Assembly (NCBI GenBank): GCA_016213925.1
Contig: JACQZH010000054.1
Location: forward strand, 1-14,492
DNA length: 14,492 nt
From: Candidatus Omnitrophota bacterium
GTDB taxonomy: Bacteria; Omnitrophota; Gorgyraeia; B26-G9
Direction: 5' to 3'
In this document: in pieces, positions 1 through 6,331 of the stretch
Layout: every line of letters starts with the position of its first letter
Position numbering within the stretch: the stretch's first letter is position 1
The notes under the pieces: generated by a model
Told to the model about the DNA's origin: nothing
Seen by the model: only the letters and a program-made list of their open reading frames with translations
Databases searched by the model: none
Made by a program: the position numbers and the translations under genes

Positions 1-893
1 GGCAGCATTATAAGTAACAACCTGCTTCAGTGTCCCATCTGTTCTATATGTGTATTTACTACTGCCTGTTTTTTCGCCGTCAGCCCCGTACATAACCTGC
101 AGTGTTACTTTACCGGATGAGTTTATATAACTAATTGAAGTGAGGCCGCCTTCGCTGTTATAACTTTTTGTTTTGATTAATTTATTCTGCGAATTATAGA
201 CGCAGACAATAGTACTCGTCATACCCCCTTCACTATCAAACGATTCTATTTTTTCAAGCTTCCCCCCATCAGGACTATATGATGGGTTCTCTTCGCTGTA
301 ATGATAATTTGAATATCCGCTTATTGTTCCCTCTTCAGACAAAAAGATTGATTTAATGGTATCTCCTGAATTATTAACAATACGTTTTTCAACTATTTGG
401 CCTATCTCGTTCTTTATATCCTGGATTTCATAGCCCTCTGCCGTAGTACTTAATAATGCCATCAACGATCCCTCACCGCCAACCTCTCCAAGCACAGCAA
501 TAACTAACCCCCTTACAATTTGATTGCTGCTATTAAGACCCTCCAGTAAAGCCGGCTCTGCCTGCTCACCCATAGTTATCAAACTCTGATATGCGCTATT
601 TTGAACAGTTAAATCTTCGCTGCCTAATGACTCAACCAGAGACTGTGCTTGAGAGTTTGAACTTTGCTCAAGAGAAGATTGAGAATCTTCAGCAGGCAGC
701 TGTAAAGAAGAAAATGGAACAGTAGTAACCAGTGATGAATCTATCATCAACTGGCCATTTCTCTGATTAGTAGTGTCAGGTAATATTATTTCCTCATCCA
801 AAGCAAGAATGTTAGGCGAAACGCAAAAAAATATCGTGCACATTACCCCTGTAATAATTACCCATTTTAAGAAAAATAAATGATTGCTTTTCA
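1..893 (-). CDS. Secreted repeat protein, 5' portion only (runs off the window start). N-terminal signal peptide, a PBS-lyase/HEAT-like repeat, then YD-like repeats.
   Basis: Own minus-strand translation from ATG at 893-891: MKSNHLFFLKWVIITGVMCTIFFCVSPNILA... with a hydrophobic leader. 'AEPALLEGLNSSNQIVRGLVIAVLGEVG' resembles a HEAT/PBS-lyase repeat. The C-terminal part visible here (SYNSEGGLTSISY, KYTYRTDGTLKQVVTY) resembles YD repeats. SD-like AGAGGG lies 5-6 nt upstream. It is open to position 1, so it is truncated by the window. The ORF track omits it because it is incomplete. Confidence 0.55.
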
Positions 894-1142
894 TATAGAT
901 ACCCTCTTTTTTTACTAATTGGTTAAAATAAATTAACTAAAATAATATAAATATGAATATAAATTATAAATATTAATGTGCACATAAAGAATAACTTAAA
1001 ATATTCAATTTTTTTAAAACAAGTAAAATATCACCTCCTTATTTTATTCTTTTTAACAAAACTTCTAAATCAAACTTCTAGTTCTCCTTTTATAAAGCAT
1101 ACCACAAGTTACTGCTTCTTTCAACTTTATCAAAAGTAAGCA

Positions 1143-1180
1143 AAAAACCCGCAGAAAGATTAATCCACTACGGGTTTTTT
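1143..1180. terminator. Bidirectional rho-independent terminator-like hairpin
   Basis: AAAAACCCG (1143-1151) is the exact reverse complement of CGGGTTTTT (1171-1179). It is flanked by an A-run on one side and a T-run on the other, so it reads as a stem plus U-tract on both strands. It lies about 60 nt downstream of the flotillin stop (minus strand). The loop is about 19 nt, which is long and lowers confidence. Confidence 0.5.
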
Positions 1181-1242
1181 GCTTACGGACTATAGCTTCT
1201 CCTGAATGAATCAGCCAATTTTTTTATAAATTAGGTATTTGA

Positions 1243-2514
1243 TTATTTAGTACCCTTATCTAAATTTAAGATGTTTTTAAGTTTTTCTAAATCCAACCCG
1301 CTCTCTTGAATAAACTGCTGGATATTAGCCCCTCCTTCAGCATCAAGATTGAGCCCGAAAAATTTCTGCGCGTTTGTTCCGCTCATAATCCATTTCACAT
1401 CCGCTTTCTGGATCGCCTGGGCCAGCGCATTAAATTTCGCGATCATTATATCTTTTTGGATATCAAGAACCTTTACATTAATTGCTACATCATTAAACTC
1501 TTTCAATGCCTCGGCCAATTTCAAAGTACCTGCCGCTTCCGCTTCTTTCTTAATCTGTATAATATTTGCCTCGGCCTTACCTACATTTTGTATCTGGTTA
1601 GCCTGGCCTTCAGCTTCGATGGTATATTTTAACTTCTGCCCCATGGCAAGTTGTTCCATTTTTTGTTTTTCAATTTCAGCCTGGCCCACTTCCAGCTTTC
1701 TTATCGCTTCAATTTTCTGGATATTCGCCTCTGCTTCTTTGTTAGCGATTTCCTGATTTTTGAATTGATCAGCCATGCCTATCTGCCTATCTTTTTCTAT
1801 CTGCCTTTTGCGGTAAGTCTCTTCCGCTTCAGCTTTAATAAGCTCCGCTTCTTTGGTGGTAGTAGCAACTCTTATCTCCGCGTCCCGCCTGATTTCCGCC
1901 GCTATTTTTCTTTCAATATCAGCGATAATTGTACTTCCCGCCGCGTCCTTAATATCCTTTAATTCCAAATCAACAAGCTCAATGCCCCACTTTGGAAAAA
2001 CAACCTCAACTTCCTTGGTAATTGCCTGGTCTAATAACGACCTGTTCATATATATATCCAGAATAGTTTGCTTAGTCGTAACTGTCCTTCCAACGCTTTC
2101 CATAATCGCCCGCAAATCCTCGGAAAGTTTAACAAAATCAAAACCCAACTCCTTTTCCGTATTTGTAAGGATTAAACGTTCGACCGCCAAATCTATATTA
2201 TTTATATTTATGAAACACATTATATCAGAAACAAATTTAGCCATATTTTTGTCGTTAAGTTTTATATCATTAACCGGTATAGCTAAATTACAAAGCGGTA
2301 ATTTATGCAGTTTAGTTATAAAAGGAACCACCCAATACGCGCTTTTACCTTGACGGGAAGAAAACGTCATCTTCGAATTTTGCAATATACGGATATGCGC
2401 CTCATTCACCGGAACAACCCTGTATAACCCAAGAAGCCCGCCAAGAATATGCCTGCCCAGAGAAATGACAACCAAAACAATAACCCCGATAACCGCAAGT
2501 AATATTGGATTCAT
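1243..2514 (-). CDS. Flotillin / SPFH (band-7) domain protein, FloT/YqiK-like
   Basis: 423 aa. N-terminal TM helix (ILLAVIGVIVLVVISLG), then an SPFH-like core (YRVVPVNEAHIRIL...), then a long Ala/Glu-rich coiled-coil (AEIRRDAEIRVATTTKEAELIKAEAEE...). This architecture is typical of bacterial flotillins; the similarity to B. subtilis FloT/YuaG is recalled from memory. Strong SD AAGGAG sits 5-6 nt upstream of the ATG. Confidence 0.85.
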   Translation of the reverse strand: MNPILLAVIGVIVLVVISLGRHILGGLLGLYRVVPVNEAHIRILQNSKMTFSSRQGKSAYWVVPFITKLHKLPLCNLAIPVNDIKLNDKNMAKFVSDIMCFININNIDLAVERLILTNTEKELGFDFVKLSEDLRAIMESVGRTVTTKQTILDIYMNRSLLDQAITKEVEVVFPKWGIELVDLELKDIKDAAGSTIIADIERKIAAEIRRDAEIRVATTTKEAELIKAEAEETYRKRQIEKDRQIGMADQFKNQEIANKEAEANIQKIEAIRKLEVGQAEIEKQKMEQLAMGQKLKYTIEAEGQANQIQNVGKAEANIIQIKKEAEAAGTLKLAEALKEFNDVAINVKVLDIQKDIMIAKFNALAQAIQKADVKWIMSGTNAQKFFGLNLDAEGGANIQQFIQESGLDLEKLKNILNLDKGTK

Positions 2515-2729
2515 CTTATCTCCTTTTTTTATAATTCATTAACCGTTTCTTTACAACACAACTATCCTGTTTTGCGAAACTCTTCATCTATTCCTGATTT
2601 TTTTCACCTTCCTTCTTTAGAATTACGCCTTTTCAAAATAATGGATTAATAATACTGTCAATGCCGCTTTTTTTCAAGAAAAAAGTCTAAACTTCAAAGA
2701 TTGCGTAGAAATAATTACTCCTTAAAAAA

Positions 2730-3575
2730 TTAGTCCCTGATTAACTTTTCCGTCGTTCCAATCGGAGTAGGGAAATTAAGCACAACAACATAACTGGAAA
2801 TTATAAAAGTAGCAATCGTAACCAGCTGAATAAGCTGAAAAGCCGGGCTGCTAATGTGCCCAAGTTCCAGAGCCAGAATGGCAATAAGCAGAGAAAATTC
2901 GCTTGATTGCCCCAATCTGAATCCTATTTCTCGGGCAAATAACGGTTTTTCTCCTGTGAAAACAAAAAGCTTTTTGAATACCCAGGGTTTTAATATTATA
3001 CATACCAGCGTTAATATTATTGCCGGAACAATTATCTCTTTCATTATCAAAAAATCCAATTTGGCCCCTAAGGAAAAGAAAAACAATACCAGAAAAAAAT
3101 CTCTCAACGGTTTGAGTTTCTCTGAAATAAAAAATGAAATCCGGTTCTGGGCAATAACCACCCCTGCAAAAAAAGCGCCGGTTTCGTAAAATAGCCCCAT
3201 GCTATTGGAAATCCCGGCAATGCCAAAACACCAAGCCAGCCCCAGGATAAACAATGCTTCCTGCAAACGATCCATATAAGTCATTATCCTGAGCAATACA
3301 AACTGCTCTAGCATTACTAAAACTCCGATAAATAAAATAAGCTTAAGCAGCAGCAAGCCAAAGCTTATCACTGCGCCCTGGGGAGAACCCAGGCAACGGA
3401 TAAAAGCCAGTACTGCTATTGCCATTAGATCCTCTAGGATTAAAACTCCAATACAAATCGCTCCCATTTTCTCCTGGTGCAGCCTGGTTGTCGGCAATAA
3501 TTTAATTGTCAATATTGTGCTCGAAAACATCATAGCCAAGCCAATACTTGAATAACAAGGCAAACGCAAAAGCAA
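2730..3575 (-). CDS. CPA2-family monovalent cation:proton antiporter (KefB-like membrane domain), C-terminal portion. Out of frame with the upstream fragment (frameshift).
   Basis: 'SIGLAMMFSSTILTIKLL...ILEDLMAIAVLAF' matches the KefB/KefC core region (GIGLAMSSTA...LFQDLAVIPALAL, recalled). It is polytopic and hydrophobic throughout. The ORF track starts it at a TTG, and the same frame is open upstream of that to a TAG at about 3599. It overlaps the 3502..3870 ORF by 74 nt in another frame. Confidence 0.75.
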   Translation of the reverse strand: MLLRLPCYSSIGLAMMFSSTILTIKLLPTTRLHQEKMGAICIGVLILEDLMAIAVLAFIRCLGSPQGAVISFGLLLLKLILFIGVLVMLEQFVLLRIMTYMDRLQEALFILGLAWCFGIAGISNSMGLFYETGAFFAGVVIAQNRISFFISEKLKPLRDFFLVLFFFSLGAKLDFLIMKEIIVPAIILTLVCIILKPWVFKKLFVFTGEKPLFAREIGFRLGQSSEFSLLIAILALELGHISSPAFQLIQLVTIATFIISSYVVVLNFPTPIGTTEKLIRD

Positions 3576-3870
3576 TAAAAAATGAAGCTGACGAATTGCC
3601 TAGCGTTACTAAACTGGTTTTTTTAAATAATTCCATCAGTTTTTGCGGATGCAAACACAGCCCGGCAAGAAAAAGAAGCAGGGTTATTCCGATGTGAGAA
3701 ATCGCTTCAATAGATCCGGAATTTTTAATCCAGCCTAACCCCCACGGCCCAGCCAAAATGCCGCAGATAATATAAGCAATTATTATTGGCTGCTTGAATA
3801 ATACCATGACGCATGACAAAACCGCGGAGCCTACCAGGATTATCCCTAATTCGAAAATAAATTTTTCCAT
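3502..3870 (-). CDS. CPA2-family cation:proton antiporter, N-terminal portion (fragment or pseudogene partner of 2730..3575)
   Basis: 'IICGILAGPWGLGWIKNSGSIEAISHIGITLLLFLAGLCLHP' matches the KefB N-terminal signature (LLAGIAIGPWGLGFI...LGVVFLMFIIGLEL, recalled). It ends at a stop inside the next fragment. An A6 homopolymer (plus strand 3577-3582) lies in the region where the frames must switch. It starts 9 nt after the thiM stop, so it is probably co-transcribed with thiM. Confidence 0.7.
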   Translation of the reverse strand: MEKFIFELGIILVGSAVLSCVMVLFKQPIIIAYIICGILAGPWGLGWIKNSGSIEAISHIGITLLLFLAGLCLHPQKLMELFKKTSLVTLGNSSASFFIAFAFALLFKYWLGYDVFEHNIDN

Positions 3871-3878
3871 GGAATAAG

Positions 3879-4688
3879 TTATGTTTTATTTAAAAAAAAT
3901 TCAACCTTCTGCATAGCCTTGATTGTCTTTTTATCCAGATTATACAGGCAATCAAACATCTTTTCTTTAAAAGTCGCAGGGCCTTTGGAAATTTTAGCCG
4001 CACATTCAGCCGCCACTTCAAAACAAACTAAGGCGCTTGCCGCGGCCAAAACTAAATCTTTTTCCACAGCGCTGAAAGCGCCGATAACCGAAGCTGCCAT
4101 GCAGCCGGTGCCTACCACATGGGCCATCATGGGATGTCCGTTTTTCACGATAAAATGTTTTTCGCCATTAGTAATCATATCTTCTTTACCGGTTATCACC
4201 ACCGCGCACTTGCGGTTTACAGCCAATTTTTTTGCCAGGCTAAGTAAATCCGCGTTTACCTGCGCGGAATCCACGCCTTTGGTCTTTACTTTTTCTCCGC
4301 TGATTCTGGCTATTTCCGAAGCATTGCCCTTGATAATATTTATTTTTACTGTATCCAGCAGCTCAAAACTTTTTTTATCGCGCAGCTCTGTCGCTCCGGC
4401 GCCGCAGACATCAAGAATAACCGGTATGCCTTTTTCATTAGCGCTGAAAGCCGCTATTTTCATTGCCTCAACAAAATCAACAGTAAGCGTCCCGATATTA
4501 AGCACCAGCGCTGAAGCGATCCTTGCCATTTCAGCTACTTCTTCCTTAGCGTGAGCCATTACCGGAGAAGCGCCGAGTACCTTTACCACATTAGCGCAGT
4601 CATAAATAGTAACCCAATTAGTCAGATGATGCACCACCGGCTTTTGCGCCCTTACTTTTTCTAATATTTTATAAACCTCAACTTTCAT
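3879..4688 (-). CDS. thiM: Hydroxyethylthiazole kinase ThiM (thiamine salvage)
   Basis: 269 aa. Extended near-identity of motifs to B. subtilis ThiM/ThiK (recalled): HHLTNWVTIYDCANVVKVLGASPVMAHAKEEVAEMARIASALVLNIGTL, ANEKGIPVILDVCGAGAT, IKGNASEIA, VVGTGC. SD GAGGAG lies 7-8 nt upstream of the ATG. Confidence 0.93.
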   Translation of the reverse strand: MKVEVYKILEKVRAQKPVVHHLTNWVTIYDCANVVKVLGASPVMAHAKEEVAEMARIASALVLNIGTLTVDFVEAMKIAAFSANEKGIPVILDVCGAGATELRDKKSFELLDTVKINIIKGNASEIARISGEKVKTKGVDSAQVNADLLSLAKKLAVNRKCAVVITGKEDMITNGEKHFIVKNGHPMMAHVVGTGCMAASVIGAFSAVEKDLVLAAASALVCFEVAAECAAKISKGPATFKEKMFDCLYNLDKKTIKAMQKVEFFLNKT

Positions 4689-4745
4689 TATCTATCTCCT
4701 CTATATATTCATATTTTCTATAAATAAACTTAACCATATCAATCG

Positions 4746-4774
4746 ATTATAACCGTAACAAATCACTGTAGCAA
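4746..4774 (-). promoter_or_regulatory. Sigma70-like promoter for thiM: TTGCTA, 17-nt spacer, TATAAT
   Basis: Minus-strand read: TTGCTA (plus 4769-4774) - 17 nt - TATAAT (plus 4746-4751), about 58 nt upstream of the thiM ATG. Hexamers and spacing were read directly from the sequence. No THI-box (CUGAGA core) is visible in the 139-nt leader. Confidence 0.45.
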
Positions 4775-4827
4775 GGATTTTAAAAGACAAGCATTTTTAC
4801 GGCCAATGTGCGGAGTTAAGCGCAAGG

Positions 4828-6012
4828 CTATAGGTAATTGGGGTTAGGGGGGATAGGAGTATCGATTCTTTTTTCTAGGACTACGGTATTCTTTCCTTCT
4901 CTCTTGGCTTGAAGCAGGGCGTTATCAGCAGCCCTAATCAATCCCTTAAGGTCTTTCGCATTATGCGGAAAAGCTGCTATTCCTGCGCTAAATTTTACTG
5001 CAACATCTGTTCCCTCTGCCAAATGCATTGAGGTTATTTTTGTCTTTTCAAAGCTTTCCTTAATTCTTCCCAGGACGACTAAAACATGCTGTACATCTGT
5101 TTCAGGAAGAATTATAATAAACTCATCGCCGCCGTATCTGCCTACGCTGTCAATAGCTCTGAGACTTTTTTTAATAACACCGGCAAAAGCCACCAAAATA
5201 TCATTGCCTGCCTGATGTCCATATTCATCATTCATGCTTTTGAAATCGTCGATATCAATCATAACAACAATAAACTGTTTTTGATGGCGCAGGGAGCGGT
5301 GGATTTCTTTCTCTAAAAGCTCCATTATCAATCTGAAATTTATACAGCCAGTAAGATCATCGTAACTAGCTAAGGTTTTTAATTTCTCTTCCAATCTCTT
5401 ATGCTCAGTGACATCCTCCATCGCAAGTAAGATAAGCTGTGTGTTATTAGACTTCTGATAAATTTTACGCGCATTCAAAAGCATTATTCGTTTGCCGATA
5501 TCAGGAAAAACATGCACTACCTCAAAGCCTTCAAAGCTTGTGGTATTAGGCAAGATATTTTCCAGCAACTCTCGTAATTTCGGAATATCCCATTGGCGGT
5601 TTCCTAAATCAAAGATATGCTGCTTCTCGGTATCTTCGGGTTTTACCTTAAAGCTTTGATAGAAGGAACGGCTGGCCGAAATCACCTTTAAATCTGCATC
5701 TAGGACCAATAACGGTTCACGCACTGTATCGACTATATTTTCGGCATAGATACGGGCATCCTGCGCTTTTTGCTCTGCTTTCTTGCGGTGTTCAATTTCT
5801 TGATGAAGCTGCTTAATAACCATTCTTTCCGCGAAAGTGCGGATTTCTACCTGACTATGTAGTTTTTGGGGAAATTTTTTTAATTCTGCCTGACTATGTT
5901 TGAGTTTGGATTTTAAATTTACTAACTCTGCTATCTGCTTCTGCCAAAACTTTATTCCCTCAAAAAACTTTTTCCCTTTGAGGAATTCCTTATCTTTTTT
6001 CTTATCTTGCAT
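4828..6012 (-). CDS. PAS-GGDEF diguanylate cyclase (cytoplasmic, N-terminal coiled-coil)
   Basis: 394 aa. Canonical GGDEF active site (RYGGDEFIIIL). An RxxD I-site (RAID) lies 5 residues upstream of GGDEF, as in PleD-type cyclases. A PAS-like segment precedes it (IVDTVREPLLVLDADLKVISASRSFYQSF). No TM segment. The N-terminal about 90 aa is K/E/Q-rich and coiled-coil-like. Confidence 0.88.
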   Translation of the reverse strand: MQDKKKDKEFLKGKKFFEGIKFWQKQIAELVNLKSKLKHSQAELKKFPQKLHSQVEIRTFAERMVIKQLHQEIEHRKKAEQKAQDARIYAENIVDTVREPLLVLDADLKVISASRSFYQSFKVKPEDTEKQHIFDLGNRQWDIPKLRELLENILPNTTSFEGFEVVHVFPDIGKRIMLLNARKIYQKSNNTQLILLAMEDVTEHKRLEEKLKTLASYDDLTGCINFRLIMELLEKEIHRSLRHQKQFIVVMIDIDDFKSMNDEYGHQAGNDILVAFAGVIKKSLRAIDSVGRYGGDEFIIILPETDVQHVLVVLGRIKESFEKTKITSMHLAEGTDVAVKFSAGIAAFPHNAKDLKGLIRAADNALLQAKREGKNTVVLEKRIDTPIPPNPNYL

Positions 6013-6269
6013 GGCTTCGCCTTAATTGACGATAATTGAGCAACAATCATCTACTTTTATTATACTACTTCCATTACAAAATGATAGCTGATTATTGAGC
6101 AAAATTATTTAAATTAAATTTGAGGTATAAGCTATGCAATTATTTACGGTTTCTGATTCTTGATTTTCGCAGCCCGCAAATTCTCAATTCCTGATTTTTA
6201 GCTTTGAAAGAGCCCTCTCGACTGCTTGCTGCCATTTTTCATAAAACTTTTGATACTACCTTTGGTTTT

Positions 6270-6331
6270 ATTTTTGCTTCGTCCCTCGGTCTTCTATATT
6301 GACTGGGCAATAGCATCTATAGTCTCGATAT
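6270..6331. repeat. Third copy or variant of the mosaic repeat, spanning the giant-gene stop codon
   Basis: It contains cttcgtccctcgg (6277-6289), identical to 14308-14320 but with one TTCGTCC unit instead of two. It also contains ggcaatagcatctatagtctcgat (6306-6330), which resembles ccaatagctatc plus the ctatagtct and tagtcgatgg units of the 10945-11014 tract. The 3' part lies inside the last 12 codons of the giant ORF. Confidence 0.35.

Noticed and set aside
894-1140. Extremely AT-rich region (about 80% A+T) with short repeated ATAAAT/AATATA words
   Set aside because: It looks like a generic promoter or curved-DNA region upstream of the secreted-protein gene. It shows no phased repeat structure, ORF or RNA-like pairing.
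1306-2353. Four long plus-strand ORFs (108-166 aa) inside the flotillin gene
   Set aside because: They lie entirely antisense to a confidently assigned SPFH/flotillin CDS. Their translations are low-complexity (S/A/F/I-rich) with no motifs, typical of the shadow of a K/E/A-rich coiled-coil gene.
2516-2587. 23-codon minus-strand uORF (MKSFAKQDSCVVKKRLMNYKKRR) ending 1 nt before the flotillin start codon
   Set aside because: Its 3' end simply spans the flotillin Shine-Dalgarno region (AAAAAAAGGAGATAAG), and the K/R-rich product is what an A-rich leader encodes. Leader-peptide regulation is not excluded, but there is no sequence evidence for it.
2640-2680. Sigma70-like promoter TTGAAA-17-TATTAT upstream of the flotillin gene (minus strand; plus 2672-2677 and 2649-2654)
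   Set aside because: The hexamers are only moderate matches in an AT-rich spacer where such matches arise easily. The resulting leader would be 135 nt. Noted, but too weak to report as a feature.
3919-4554. 211-aa plus-strand ORF
   Set aside because: It is antisense to thiM, which has a very strong homology signature. The Ala/Ser-rich translation is the complement of thiM's Ala/Gly codons.
4689-4827. Expected TPP (THI-box) riboswitch upstream of thiM
   Set aside because: I read the whole 139-nt leader on the coding strand. There is no CUGAGA core and no GGGG...ACCUGAUCUGGAUAAUGCCAGCG-like elements. Only a promoter-like TTGCTA-17-TATAAT is present.
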